In this document: piece after piece, positions 1 through 9,888 of the stretch
Position numbering within the stretch: the stretch's first letter is position 1
Layout: every line of letters starts with the position of its first letter
Translations under genes and position numbers: made by a program
DNA from: Cyanobacteriota bacterium
GTDB taxonomy: Bacteria > Cyanobacteriota > Cyanobacteriia > Phormidesmidales > Phormidesmidaceae
Direction: 5' to 3'
Assembly (NCBI GenBank): GCA_027483425.1
Contig: JAIXUR010000600.1
Location: 1 to 34,259 of the forward strand
Length of the DNA stretch: 34,259 nt
Notes under the pieces: generated by a model
Told to the model about the DNA's origin: nothing
The model's database searches: none
Seen by the model: only the letters and a program-made list of their open reading frames with translations

Positions 1-133
1 CACGGGCGACATTACTCGGCAGGATATTCTAGCGGCCCTAGGATAGCCACCACCGTTAGCCCCAGCCGTCGCCCCCCAGGGATGGGCGCAATTCTCATTT
101 TGGCTTCTAGACTCTGAAATCTGGCCCAAACCA

Positions 134-248
134 CCAGGGAGTGAACTCCCTGGCTCATCGCTCAAGTCCGCTCAAGCGGACTAGGCCACTTCCGGAGTCC
201 CCTTTAGGGGACGGAAGCTTTGAGCCTTGGGCTCAAGCCCAAGGCTCA
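134..248. repeat. Cassette of four short perfect hairpins (REP-like composite palindromic element)
   Basis: ccagggagt-ga-actccctgg (134-153), agtccgct-ca-agcggact (165-182), gtcccct-tt-aggggac (197-212), tgagccttgggct-ca-agcccaaggctca (221-248); all have 2-nt loops. Confidence 0.7.
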
Positions 249-395
249 GCGATCCATGATCGCTAGATTCAGACCGCTAGGGATCGGGGCATAGTCATAA
301 TGAGAATTGCTGCAGGGATGAGAGCCGCGTAGGCTAATTAGCTGCATACCAGCGAGAATAGAGGATTGGTATCACTCAATGGTTTGCTTGCCGCT

Positions 396-1607
396 ATGGA
401 CATTGAACGCATTCTTGCCCATGCTTTGGCCGGAGGCGACCTCACCCCCGCCGATGGCGTCGCCCTCCTGCAGCCGCGCGACTCAGCCACCCTAGGGGCC
501 ATTCGCCAGACCGCTGACATCCTGCGCCAGCGACAGGCGGGGGACACGGTGACCTACGTGGTGAATCGCAATATCAACTACACCAATATCTGCGAGCAGC
601 ACTGTAGCTTCTGCGCCTTTCGCCGCGATCGCGGTGACGAGGGGGCCTACTGGCTGGACTTTGCCCCCATGGTGGAGAAAGCCACCGAAGCGGTCGCCCT
701 GGGCGCTACCGAAATCTGCATGCAGGGGGGCCTCAACCCCGATGCCAAAATCAACGGTAGTTCCCTGAACTACTACCTGAAGCTGGTGGACACCATTAAG
801 GGATCGTTTCCGGCACTGCACCTGCACGCCTTTTCGCCCCAGGAGATCGAGTTCATTGCCCGTCAAGACGGGCTGACCTACCGCCAGGTGCTGCTGACCC
901 TGCGCGATGCCGGGGTGGGCTCATTGCCAGGCACGGCGGCGGAGGTGCTGGATGATGACGTGCGGCGGGTGCTGTGCCCTGAGAAAATCAACACGGCCAC
1001 CTGGTTGGAGATTGTCGGGCTAGCCCATAACCTTGGCTTACCGACCACTAGCACGCTGCTGTCGGGCCATATCGAGACCCCGGCCCAGCAGATTGCCCAC
1101 CTGGAACAGCTGCGTCAGCTCCAGCGCCGTGCCCGAGACGCAGGCCACGCCGCCGCGATCACCGAGTTCATCGTGCTGCCCTTTGTCGGGCAGGAGGCCC
1201 CCAAGCCCCTACGCCGTCGGGTGGGGCGCGATCAGCCGGTGCTGGCCGATGCGCTGTTGCTGATGGCGGTAGCCCGCATTTACCTCGGCAACTGGATCGC
1301 TAACCACCAGCCCAGCTGGGTGAAATTGGGGTTGGCCGGGGCCACTGAGGCGCTGACCTGGGGCTGTAACGACATCGGTGGCACCCTGATGGAGGAGCAC
1401 ATTACCACCATGGCCGGGGCCCAGGGGGGAACCGGCATGACGGAGGCAGAACTGCGGGGGGCGATCGCCAGTCTGGATCGTCCGGCCCGCCAGCGCGATA
1501 CCCTCTACGGCTGGGTCGACGCTCCCGCAGAGGGTGTCGCGGCCCCGGTAGCGGCAGGGAATATCGTCCCAGCGCGGCAGTCGCGCAGCCAGAGCCGAAT
1601 GGCCTGA
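396..1607 (+). CDS. cofH: FO synthase subunit CofH (radical SAM)
   Basis: [22 protein letters not shown] CxxxCxxC motif, [32 protein letters not shown]; ATG 396 preferred over TTG 366. Confidence 0.9.
   Translation: MDIERILAHALAGGDLTPADGVALLQPRDSATLGAIRQTADILRQRQAGDTVTYVVNRNINYTNICEQHCSFCAFRRDRGDEGAYWLDFAPMVEKATEAVALGATEICMQGGLNPDAKINGSSLNYYLKLVDTIKGSFPALHLHAFSPQEIEFIARQDGLTYRQVLLTLRDAGVGSLPGTAAEVLDDDVRRVLCPEKINTATWLEIVGLAHNLGLPTTSTLLSGHIETPAQQIAHLEQLRQLQRRARDAGHAAAITEFIVLPFVGQEAPKPLRRRVGRDQPVLADALLLMAVARIYLGNWIANHQPSWVKLGLAGATEALTWGCNDIGGTLMEEHITTMAGAQGGTGMTEAELRGAIASLDRPARQRDTLYGWVDAPAEGVAAPVAAGNIVPARQSRSQSRMA
625..632. repeat. HIP1 octamer GCGATCGC (example; recurs throughout the window)
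   Basis: Copies at 625, 1461, 2195, 18463, 19647 and many other positions; cyanobacterial hallmark. Confidence 0.9.
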
Positions 1608-2212
1608 CCAATAATGCCGTCGCTGCTTTCCTGGGGTGGGGTCGGGGGGCGCGGGGCGACCGATCCAGGTTCAGCGGCGGCGGGGTAGGCCCCCAGGCTA
1701 GAGTACAGCAGCGCCAGGTGCCAGCCGTCGGCGGTGGGCGCTAAAAACAGCCAGTGGTAATGTTGCAGAGATACCGCCTGATCCGCCAGGTATTGCCGCT
1801 CCAGGGTGGTAAAAAACACCTGCTGAAGGGCGGGGTTGGGGTCTAAATCGGGCTCCCCGGCGCTGGCGGTGAGCCCGAGGGGGGTGAAGTCGGGGGTACT
1901 GGCGACCAGCACTGAACTCCGGGGCGAGAGCTCTCTCTCCGGCTCGCCCAAACTCCGGATGTTCACTCGGTTAGCGTAGCTGGGCAGATCGGCCAACAGC
2001 TGCGTTGCCAGCACCCGTAAATCGGTGGGGCAGGCGCTGCTGGGCCGCAGATAGGCCGAGGTCGGTGCTGCTGGGGTGTTGCCTGGGACGCTTGGCGGGG
2101 AGGTTAGTGGTTCCTGGGCCGGGGCAGGAAAGTTGAGTAGCACCCAGAGGAGTGCCCCGAGGCTAAGGGCGGAAAAGAGTAGGGGGGCTAGGGGGCGATC
2201 GCGGCGGAGCAT
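1505..2212 (-). CDS. Conserved cyanobacterial-type hypothetical protein with N-terminal signal/TM helix
   Basis: 235-aa ORF; hydrophobic N-terminus; CP...[35 protein letters not shown] segments; 25-bp overlap with the pyrF 3' end suggests co-transcription. Confidence 0.75.
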   Translation of the reverse strand: MLRRDRPLAPLLFSALSLGALLWVLLNFPAPAQEPLTSPPSVPGNTPAAPTSAYLRPSSACPTDLRVLATQLLADLPSYANRVNIRSLGEPERELSPRSSVLVASTPDFTPLGLTASAGEPDLDPNPALQQVFFTTLERQYLADQAVSLQHYHWLFLAPTADGWHLALLYSSLGAYPAAAEPGSVAPRPPTPPQESSDGIIGQAIRLWLRDCRAGTIFPAATGAATPSAGASTQP

Positions 2213-2943
2213 TCTTCACAGATGCGTTGAAAGGCAGCGGCGGGGTCGGGGGCCGCGGTAATGGGGCGGCCAATCACCAGGTAGGTGGCTCCGGCTTGCA
2301 GGGCCTGGATTGGGGTTAGGGTGCGGCGCTGGTCCTGGCTGCTGGCCCCGACGGGGCGTACCCCAGGGCAGACCAGCACAAAGTTGGCGGGCAGGAACCG
2401 CCGCAGTTGGGTGACCTCCTGGGGTGAGCAAACGATTCCTGTCAGACCACTATCCTGGGCCAGTAGGGCCATTTGTAGGGCATAGTCAGCCGCCTTGAGG
2501 GGAATTCTGAGCTCCGCCGCCAAGGACTGGGGGGCAATGCTGGTCAGCAGGGTTACCCCCAAGACCACCGGTGGGGCCACCCCGGCCGCCTCGGCTCCGG
2601 CGATCGCTGCGGTCTGGGCCGCCACCAGGGCCTCTTTGCCAGCCGCCGTGTGCACCGTCAGCAGGTCAACCCCATAGCTGGCCGCCGCCGCGCAGGCCCC
2701 GGCCATGGTGTTGGGAATATCGTGGAACTTCAGATCCAGAAAAATTCGCTTTTGCCGCGCCTTGAGGTCTTGAATCAGCCCTGGCCCGGCGCTGACAAAC
2801 AGCTCTAGCCCCAGCTTCCAGAAACTGACCTGGGGGATGGCATCTACCAGATCCAGGGCAGCCTGGGCCGACGGCAGATCTAGGGGCACAATAATACGCT
2901 GGGCAACGGTGTGCGGAGCAATCCTGGGCTGGTCAACGGTCAT
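2188..2943 (-). CDS. pyrF: Orotidine-5'-phosphate decarboxylase
   Basis: [13 protein letters not shown] signature, [20 protein letters not shown]. Confidence 0.97.
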   Translation of the reverse strand: MTVDQPRIAPHTVAQRIIVPLDLPSAQAALDLVDAIPQVSFWKLGLELFVSAGPGLIQDLKARQKRIFLDLKFHDIPNTMAGACAAAASYGVDLLTVHTAAGKEALVAAQTAAIAGAEAAGVAPPVVLGVTLLTSIAPQSLAAELRIPLKAADYALQMALLAQDSGLTGIVCSPQEVTQLRRFLPANFVLVCPGVRPVGASSQDQRRTLTPIQALQAGATYLVIGRPITAAPDPAAAFQRICEECSAAIAP

Positions 2944-2963
2944 GGCTATACCGAGGGCAACGA

Positions 2964-3458
2964 CTAGACCGGGCGCACCAGCATCAGAGTTTGGCCAAAC
3001 TCCACGGGCTGGGAATTTTCTACCAAAATTTCGACGATTTCGCCGCTGACTTCGGCCTCGAGCTCGTTCATCAGCTTCATGGCTTCAATGATACATACGG
3101 TCTGGCCAGTACTGATGCGATCGCCCACTCCGACAAAGGAGGGTTCCTCAGGGGCTGGAGAGCGATAGAAGGTGCCCACCATGGGCGAATTGATGGCGAC
3201 CAGATCGCTCCCCTTGCCCGGTGGGCTGGCGGGCGGTGTGGCAGTCGCCACCGCCGTGGGCTCGACCACGGGTGCAGACGAGCTCACGGTGGTTACCTCT
3301 GCCGGGTAGGCGGTCGGGGTCGCCACTGCGCCTATCACAATGGCTCCGGGCTTACGCAGGGTCAGCTCAAAGTCTGCACTTTTTAGGGTCAGCTCAACCA
3401 CATCGCTCTGGCTGATGGCGGTGACTAACTCTCTGAGGTCGGTGACGCTTAGTTCCAC
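2964..3458 (-). CDS. accB: Acetyl-CoA carboxylase biotin carboxyl carrier protein
   Basis: [11 protein letters not shown] and EAMKLMNE biotinylation motif; downstream of efp. Confidence 0.97.
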   Translation of the reverse strand: MELSVTDLRELVTAISQSDVVELTLKSADFELTLRKPGAIVIGAVATPTAYPAEVTTVSSSAPVVEPTAVATATPPASPPGKGSDLVAINSPMVGTFYRSPAPEEPSFVGVGDRISTGQTVCIIEAMKLMNELEAEVSGEIVEILVENSQPVEFGQTLMLVRPV

Positions 3459-3585
3459 GGCGTAGGTCTCATACTATTCAACAGCCCATTGGTAGTCATA
3501 GGGTAGCAGCGATCACGATGGTTGCCCTCTCGGGAGGCTGGGGTTGATGGCGGTGGGGGGCAATCCCAGCCGCAACCGAGGCTCC

Positions 3586-4143
3586 CTACTCTCGGCCCAG
3601 GTAGGCATCGGTGCGAGTGTCAACTTTGATTCTTTCGCCAATGGAAATAAACAGCGGCACCATAACCTGGGCACCGGTTTCTAGAATGGCGGGCTTGGTG
3701 CCGCCGGTGGCCGTATCGCCCTTCACGCCGGGGTCGGTTTGGGTGACCTCTAGCACGATGGAGTTGGGCAGCTCTACCTCCATAATTTGGCCATTCCAGG
3801 TGACCACGCTGACGCTCATTTCCTCTTTGAGGTACTTCACCTGATCCCCGATCTCGGCTGCCGTGAGGCGAACCTCCTCGTAGGTTTCCATCTCCATAAA
3901 CACCAGGTCTTCGCCGTCACGATAGGTGTGCTGCATGTCTCTCTTCTCAATCACCGCCTGGGGAACGGTTTCACCGGCCCGGAAGGTTTTGTCGACGGTG
4001 TTGCCAGTTTTGACATTCTTGAGCTTAGTGCGCACAAAAGCCGACCCCTTGCCCGGCTTGACGTGGAGAAATTCCACCACGCGCCAGACGGATCCGTCTA
4101 ACTCAATGGATGTACCGGTGCGGAAATCGTTGCTGGAAATCAT
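3586..4143 (-). CDS. efp: Elongation factor P
   Basis: [38 protein letters not shown]. Confidence 0.98.
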   Translation of the reverse strand: MISSNDFRTGTSIELDGSVWRVVEFLHVKPGKGSAFVRTKLKNVKTGNTVDKTFRAGETVPQAVIEKRDMQHTYRDGEDLVFMEMETYEEVRLTAAEIGDQVKYLKEEMSVSVVTWNGQIMEVELPNSIVLEVTQTDPGVKGDTATGGTKPAILETGAQVMVPLFISIGERIKVDTRTDAYLGRE

Positions 4144-4269
4144 GGTGCTGGCTACGGTGGACAGTCTAAGTTTGGCACCTCATTTTAACCCCCTGCGGCC
4201 ATTTACCACAGGCATTTCCCCATAACTGCGGAGAACCGATCGGCTGGCCCCAGCAATGGTCAAGCCCCA

Positions 4270-4302
4270 GCCCAAGAAGAGGCCCAAGAAGAGGCCCAAG
4301 AA
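4270..4302. repeat. 12-bp tandem repeat (gcccaagaagag x2.75)
   Basis: Units at 4270, 4282 and 4294 (partial) in the divergent efp/cyclophilin intergenic region. Confidence 0.85.
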
Positions 4303-4437
4303 CGGGGCTCGGCCTAGCGAGGGGGGCTACAGAGTATGACAAGATTGTAGAGGCACCCTGTGCCACAAGGCGGTGGGTTGCCTCCGGGGGAAACCCACCG
4401 CAGAAACCATAGAGCTATGGCCAAGGAAAAACGCGTG

Positions 4438-5559
4438 ATGAACAGACGGCTGGGTATGGGCTGGAGCACTTTTGCAAGGCTGGGCTGGGGGCTAATAGTT
4501 GGCGTGGGCGTGTGGCTGGGCACCCTGGCCCCCGCTGTGGCGTTACCCGCTGGCCCCCTGGTGGCCTACCTGCCGCCGGGCAACGCCATTACCGATGGCA
4601 ATGCTCTGCTGCGCTACTCGCTGCCCATCGACAATGCCGATATTCGATCCATCCAAGCCACCCTAGAGGGGTTGTCGGAATCGCTGCGCAGCAAGCGCTG
4701 GGGACCGATGACTAAAGACTTGACCAAGGTAGAGCGGATTCTGCTGCGCAGCCGGGAGACCATGCTGGCGGCGGTGCCCGATGGTAAGCGGGCCGCAGCC
4801 ATTTCCTACCTGGATGATATGCAGGCTCAGCTGGTGCCCCTGCGGGAGGCGGTGGAGTTGCACGATCGCGAAGCCGTGTGGCTGAAACGGGCGGCCATGC
4901 TCAACGACGTTAGCCGCATTGAAGAGCTGATGGTGACGGCGTTTCCCTTTGAGGTGCCGGAGGAATACAGTACCCTGCCCCAGCTCAAGGGCCGGGCGAC
5001 GGTAGAGGTGACGACCAACAAGGGCACCCTCCAGGCGGTGATTGACGGCTACAGTGCCCCGGTGACCGGCGGCAACTTTATCGATCTGGTTCAGCGGGGC
5101 TTCTACGATGGTATGTCCTTTAGCCGGGCTGAAGACAACTACGTGCTGCAAACCGGCGACCCCGATGGCCCCGCAGACGGGTTCATTGACCCCAAAACTA
5201 AAGCCTACCGAGCCATACCCCTAGAGATTTTAGTGGAGGGCGACGAGGTGCCGGTCTATGGCATGACCCTGGAGGAGATCGGCCGCTTTTTAGATAAACC
5301 AGTGCTGCCTTTTTCGGCCTTTGGCACCCTGGGCATGGCCCGTCCCAATGAAGACCCCAATGGTGGATCTTCGCAGTTTTTCTTCTTCTTGTTTGAGCCC
5401 GAGATGACCCCGGCGGGGCTGAACCTACTCGATGGGCGCTATTCGGTATTTGGCTACGTGGTTGAGAACACAGAGCTGCTGGAGCAGCTGACCCAGGCCG
5501 ATCGCATTGAGTCGATCCGGGTGATTGCCGGGGCCGATAATCTGGTGCAGCCCTCCTAG
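4438..5559 (+). CDS. Cyclophilin-type peptidyl-prolyl cis-trans isomerase, TLP40/CYP38-like, with signal peptide
   Basis: LPPGNAITD..ALLRYSLP helical domain, LPQLKGRATV, DGYSAPVTGGNFIDLVQRGFYDG, SSQFFFFL, LDGRYSVFGYV; start 4438 follows AAGGA (alternative 4417). Confidence 0.9.
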   Translation: MNRRLGMGWSTFARLGWGLIVGVGVWLGTLAPAVALPAGPLVAYLPPGNAITDGNALLRYSLPIDNADIRSIQATLEGLSESLRSKRWGPMTKDLTKVERILLRSRETMLAAVPDGKRAAAISYLDDMQAQLVPLREAVELHDREAVWLKRAAMLNDVSRIEELMVTAFPFEVPEEYSTLPQLKGRATVEVTTNKGTLQAVIDGYSAPVTGGNFIDLVQRGFYDGMSFSRAEDNYVLQTGDPDGPADGFIDPKTKAYRAIPLEILVEGDEVPVYGMTLEEIGRFLDKPVLPFSAFGTLGMARPNEDPNGGSSQFFFFLFEPEMTPAGLNLLDGRYSVFGYVVENTELLEQLTQADRIESIRVIAGADNLVQPS

Positions 5560-5567
5560 GCGTCCCC

Positions 5568-6644
5568 ATGGAGGGCGACACCGTGGATCATGCCGCTGGG
5601 AATAGCACGGCTGGGGAGAACATTGGCAGGGAGCACCCGCCAACGATCGCTGACCTGGGGGAACTGGGGCTGCTGCAACGGCTGTTTCGCTATTGCCCCA
5701 GCGACGTAGTCGGCGACGATGGGGCCGTGGTGGCCCTGCCAACTGGCCAGAGCCTGGTGGTGACCACCGATGTGCTGGTCGATGGGGTGCACTTTAGCGA
5801 TCGCACCACCGCCCCGGCCGATGTCGGCTGGCGAGCGGTAGCGGCCAACCTCTCGGATCTTGCGGCCATGGGGGCGACCCCCCTGGGTATTACCGTAGGC
5901 CTGAGTCTGCCGGGGCACACTCCCCTGGCCTGGGTCGAGGGGCTCTACCAGGGCATGGCCGATTGCCTGGCCCCCTGGGGTGGGGCTGTGCTGGGGGGCG
6001 ACCTCTGCCGGGCCGATACCCGCAGCGTGGCGATTACGGCCCTGGGCAGCGTGGTGCCCCAGCGGGCGCTGTACCGCAGTCGGGCCCAGCCGGGGCAGGC
6101 GATTGTGGTCACCGGCTACCACGGCCAATCGCGGGCGGGGCTAGAGCTTTTGCTACACCCAGAACGGGGAGATGGGGTGGCCCCGGACGATCGCGATCGC
6201 TGGATTGCCGCCCACCAGCGCCCTCGCCCACGCCTGGATGCGATCGCCGCCCTCTGGCAGATCCTGGGGGATGGGGTTGACGCCAGGGCCATAGCGGCCA
6301 TGGACTCTAGCGACGGCCTTGCCAATGCGGTGCTACAACTGTGCCAGGCCAGCGGCGTGGGGGCGCGCCTAGCCGAGGCCGATCTGCCCCTCGATCCGGC
6401 GTTGGTGGCTTGGGTTGGCCGCGATCGAGCCCTCGACTGGTGCCTCTACGGGGGCGAAGACTTTGAGTTGGTGCTGTGTCTGCCCTGGGTGGTGGCCCAG
6501 GCGCTGGGCGATCGCCTGGGAGATGGCTGTGCGATCGTGGGCGAAATTACCCCCGGCCCTGGGGTTGCCCTGGGGCTGATCACCCAGGCCTCTCCCCTGG
6601 CCTTGAGCTTGAGTCAGGGATTTCAGCATTTTCAGCGCCCCTGA
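5568..6644 (+). CDS. thiL: Thiamine-monophosphate kinase
   Basis: GDDGA, DVLVDGVHF, NLSDLAAMG, GGD, MDSSDGL, GGEDFELV. Confidence 0.95.
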   Translation: MEGDTVDHAAGNSTAGENIGREHPPTIADLGELGLLQRLFRYCPSDVVGDDGAVVALPTGQSLVVTTDVLVDGVHFSDRTTAPADVGWRAVAANLSDLAAMGATPLGITVGLSLPGHTPLAWVEGLYQGMADCLAPWGGAVLGGDLCRADTRSVAITALGSVVPQRALYRSRAQPGQAIVVTGYHGQSRAGLELLLHPERGDGVAPDDRDRWIAAHQRPRPRLDAIAALWQILGDGVDARAIAAMDSSDGLANAVLQLCQASGVGARLAEADLPLDPALVAWVGRDRALDWCLYGGEDFELVLCLPWVVAQALGDRLGDGCAIVGEITPGPGVALGLITQASPLALSLSQGFQHFQRP

Positions 6645-6670
6645 GCCGGGGCTTGACCTCCTGGTACCGA

Positions 6671-7285
6671 CTAAGCATTGATCCCTGAAACCTGACTTCG
6701 GGAATGATGGTCGTCGTGGTCATTGTGGTCGTCATCCCCCTCGCGATCGCGGCTCCCGGCCTGTTCATGGTCATCAGCATCGTCTGTTTCCGAGCCATGG
6801 CGAGACTCAGAGGTTTGGGTAGAGGCAGTGTTGGCACTCCGACCGACCAAGACATTGCCCTGTTCAACTCGGGTTGAGAAGGTGGGCAAGTCAGAGCGGG
6901 CTGGGCCCGTCAAAACTCGGCCCCCAGCGGCAAACCGCGCCCCGTGACAGGGGCAATAAAACTCCCCTGGACCCGCTTGCCAGTCGACCCGGCACCCTTG
7001 ATGGGGGCAAATCGGACTGACCGCCTTGAGCTGGTTAGCCTGGTCACGCACCACCATGACTGAGCCCAGCGGGGTATGGTCATTGGCGATAAATCCGGCC
7101 CGGTCAAGCTGGCTCACGGTGCCCACGGGGGTGTAGGCAGACGCCTGGGCCAGGTTCCCTGGGATGGGGGTGACAGCGGCGGCCCTGGCGGCTCCCTGGG
7201 ACGCCTGTCGGTTCAACCAGGGGGGCACCATGGCCACCAGGGAACCCAGGCCTATCCACTGTAAAAATTTTCTGCGATCCATCAT
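6671..7285 (-). CDS. Tat-signal Rieske [2Fe-2S] protein with acidic His-rich C-terminal tail
   Basis: MDRRKFL twin-arginine signal; CPHQGC and CPCHGARF Rieske boxes; AGGAGG about 12 nt upstream of ATG 7285. Confidence 0.9.
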   Translation of the reverse strand: MMDRRKFLQWIGLGSLVAMVPPWLNRQASQGAARAAAVTPIPGNLAQASAYTPVGTVSQLDRAGFIANDHTPLGSVMVVRDQANQLKAVSPICPHQGCRVDWQAGPGEFYCPCHGARFAAGGRVLTGPARSDLPTFSTRVEQGNVLVGRSANTASTQTSESRHGSETDDADDHEQAGSRDREGDDDHNDHDDHHSRSQVSGINA

Positions 7286-7355
7286 GGGATACTTCAGCCT
7301 CCTAAGATATAAAGCTGGGATCATCTGTCCTAGAAATCTCCTCCAGGGGCGATGG

Positions 7356-7631
7356 CTATACTGGCGACTTACGACGAGTCTTTGTCAGTTTGGTCATGAC
7401 GATGCCGGTCACCACCAGCCCAATGGCCCCCAGGCCATTTAAGACTGGGTAGATATTCTCTAGGCCCAGAAGTTCTCCGGTGTGTAGTCCAAGTAAGACT
7501 TCACCGATACCGTCCCAATGCAGCCAATCGGCAAAAATCGTGTAGCCCAGACCAGTGAGAATGGTGACCCCGAGCGGTAGCGCCATGATGATGGCGAGGG
7601 AGCGATGATAGTTGCGAAATGTACGAACCAT
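7356..7631 (-). CDS. Small two-TM protein, PepSY-associated TM helix-like
   Basis: FRNYHRSLAIIMALPL first helix with His; LLGLHTGE; second hydrophobic helix. Confidence 0.75.
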   Translation of the reverse strand: MVRTFRNYHRSLAIIMALPLGVTILTGLGYTIFADWLHWDGIGEVLLGLHTGELLGLENIYPVLNGLGAIGLVVTGIVMTKLTKTRRKSPV

Positions 7632-7713
7632 AGTGATGGAGAGTCCAGATTAAGGTACGAACAGGGCTTGGGTGGCCTGTTCGCTCCGACTCTAGCAACG
7701 TCACGGTAAAGAA

Positions 7714-9207
7714 CTAGGAAAGAGGCAGTTTGACCTGAACCACCGTGCCCTTACCGAGCTGACTGGTGATGCTAATACTGCCCTGGTGGGTTTGGACAAT
7801 GCGCTGGGCAATGGCTAAGCCTAGGCCAGCGCCCGAGCGGTGCGATCGCGCTGGGTCAGCCTGCCAAAATCGCCCATAGAGGTGGGGCAGATGGGCTGGG
7901 GCAATGCCAATCCCGCTATCTTCAACGTAAACCACCACGCTGGCTTCCTGAATTTGCGATCGCAGCCCAACGGTGCCCTGGGCTGGAGTGTATTTCAGCG
8001 CATTGTCGAGCAGGTTGGCAAACAGGCGATTGAGCTGGCTGCTGTCTCCCCACACCGTACCCGCCGCCGCCAGGGAAACGTTAAAGCGCAGATCATGGGC
8101 GGCGGCCTGTAATTGGTAGAGGTTAGCCAAATCCTCTAACAAGTCATCGATGGGAATGGCGGTGGCCTGGTCCTTAGGCAGTGGGCTATCGTCCAGGCGG
8201 GCTAGCAGTAACAAATCATTGACCAGACCCGTCATTTGCTCGGTGGCACTGGCGATTAAGCCCATTTTCTTCAGATCGGTTGCCTGAAAGCGCTCAGGGT
8301 GGCTTTGCATGACCTCCACCGAGGTTTTGATCGCGGTTAGGGGGTTACGCAACTCATGGGAGGCGTCTGCCGTAAACTGTCGCAGCCGCTCAAAACTACT
8401 CTCAATCGGGGTCATGGCCAAACGCATTAGCCCCCAACTGCCCAACCCACAAATACCCAGAGCCACTAGCCCACCCCAGCCCAGCCCCAGGCGCAGGCGG
8501 TGCAGTTCGCTGTCGATGGAGGCCGTGCTGCTCGCTACTCTGACATAGCCCCGCAGCGTACTGACATCGTAGACGGGCACTGTCAGTAGCCGTAATCCCT
8601 CGATTTGTTGGGGGCGCAAATTATCCGAGAGGGGCAGATGGGGTGGGGCATTGCCCACCTGCCGCAGGGGTCGTCTGGCCTGGTCAAACCACTCTATGGT
8701 CTGGTCGCGCTGGCGCAGGTCTTGCCAGCGCAAATCGAGGTCGCCGTCACTGTCTCCAGAGGAGGCCGGTTCAAGCTGGGCAGACGGCTCAGATGACTCA
8801 GCAGAGTCCTTGGGTTCGGACTCCCTGGCGTCTGATTTTTCGTGGTCGGGTGCCTGGACGCCGGATGCCTGGACGCCGGATGCCTGGACGCCGGATGCCT
8901 GGACGCCGGATGCCTGGGCGTCTAATTCATCATCGTGGGTGGCTCCAGGATCATGGGATGACTCGTCCTTGGCCTCTAGGTCATCGTTAGAGTCGGACAG
9001 ATCGGCGATCGCTAGGCTACGGGCGGCGGCATCGGCCAGGTTAAACAGCGACTGATCCAGTTGACCATACAGATTACGCGCCACCACCTGATAGACGCTG
9101 ATTGCCCCCACTCCCAAGGTCAGCGCGATAATGCCCAAGGACGACAGCACCAGACGCCAGCGCAAGGCGGTAAATTGAGACCGAACCGGAGACTGGGGCT
9201 GGGGCAT
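7714..9207 (-). CDS. Membrane sensor histidine kinase (HisKA + HATPase_c), RppB/NrsS-like
   Basis: Two TM helices; H-box FTADASHELRNPL; N-box NLLDNALKY; G1 DSGIGI; G2 GAGLGLAI. Confidence 0.95.
   Translation of the reverse strand: MPQPQSPVRSQFTALRWRLVLSSLGIIALTLGVGAISVYQVVARNLYGQLDQSLFNLADAAARSLAIADLSDSNDDLEAKDESSHDPGATHDDELDAQASGVQASGVQASGVQASGVQAPDHEKSDARESEPKDSAESSEPSAQLEPASSGDSDGDLDLRWQDLRQRDQTIEWFDQARRPLRQVGNAPPHLPLSDNLRPQQIEGLRLLTVPVYDVSTLRGYVRVASSTASIDSELHRLRLGLGWGGLVALGICGLGSWGLMRLAMTPIESSFERLRQFTADASHELRNPLTAIKTSVEVMQSHPERFQATDLKKMGLIASATEQMTGLVNDLLLLARLDDSPLPKDQATAIPIDDLLEDLANLYQLQAAAHDLRFNVSLAAAGTVWGDSSQLNRLFANLLDNALKYTPAQGTVGLRSQIQEASVVVYVEDSGIGIAPAHLPHLYGRFWQADPARSHRSGAGLGLAIAQRIVQTHQGSISITSQLGKGTVVQVKLPLS
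8851..8917. repeat. 15-bp tandem repeat tgcctggacgccgga x4.5, encoding (QASGV)n in the kinase sensor region
   Basis: Exact units at 8851, 8866, 8881 and 8896, partial unit at 8911. Confidence 0.95.
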
Positions 9208-9213
9208 TAGGGC

Positions 9214-9888
9214 CTATCCTTGCTTGAGCCGGTAACCCAGACCGTAGACCGTTTCCACAAAGTCTGGCGGGGCTCCGGCCGCCGTCAGTTTTTGCCGTAG
9301 GCCTCGAATATGGACTTTGACCGTTTCGGCACCGGGGGTTTCTTCCGTTGCCCACAGGTGATCGAGGATTTCGTCACGGCTAAAGGTGCGTTGAGGGTTG
9401 CGCATCAACAGCTCAAGCATCTGATATTCCTTCGGCGTTAGGGCCAAGGGCTGGTGATGGCAAGTCGCCTGGCAGGCATTTGGATCTAGCTCTATGGTGC
9501 CCCAACTTAATACCGGCGAGAGGGACACGGTGCCGCGCCTCAGTAGCGCTCGAATACGGGCTAGCAGTTCTTGCAGGTCAAAGGGTTTAACGACGTAGTC
9601 GTCGGCCCCGGCATCTAGGCCGATCACTTTATCGGTGCTGGTATCCCGGGCCGTCAGCATCAACACGGGGGTTTGCACCCCCCGCTGACGCATCCGCTGG
9701 CAGAGTTGAAGGCCGTTGAGCCGGGGCAGCATAATGTCTAGCAGCACCAGACTATAGGAATAGGTCTCGAGGTAGTCCCAACCCAGCTCGCCGTCTTCTG
9801 CGACATCGACAGCATAGTTCTGGTCGCCTAGCGCTTCCGCCAGCGGAAATGAAATGCGTTCGTCATCCTCTACGAGCAGAATTTTCAT
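9214..9888 (-). CDS. OmpR/PhoB-family response regulator
   Basis: MKILLVEDD, LLDIMLP, MLTARD, GADDYVVKPF, winged helix ETVYGLGYRL; ATG at 9888; stop 6 bp upstream of the kinase start. Confidence 0.95.
   Translation of the reverse strand: MKILLVEDDERISFPLAEALGDQNYAVDVAEDGELGWDYLETYSYSLVLLDIMLPRLNGLQLCQRMRQRGVQTPVLMLTARDTSTDKVIGLDAGADDYVVKPFDLQELLARIRALLRRGTVSLSPVLSWGTIELDPNACQATCHHQPLALTPKEYQMLELLMRNPQRTFSRDEILDHLWATEETPGAETVKVHIRGLRQKLTAAGAPPDFVETVYGLGYRLKQG

Noticed and set aside
1-120. Possible end or start of a gene at the left edge
   Set aside because: Short open frames exist on both strands but nothing is recognisable; cannot be assigned
396-1607. cofH without adjacent cofG as a sign of a novel pathway, or mqnC/mqnE identity
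   Set aside because: cofG and cofH are commonly unlinked in cyanobacteria; motifs and host fit CofH
8851-8917. Repeats considered as a CRISPR array
   Set aside because: Head-to-tail 15-mers without spacers, in frame within a CDS; no cas genes
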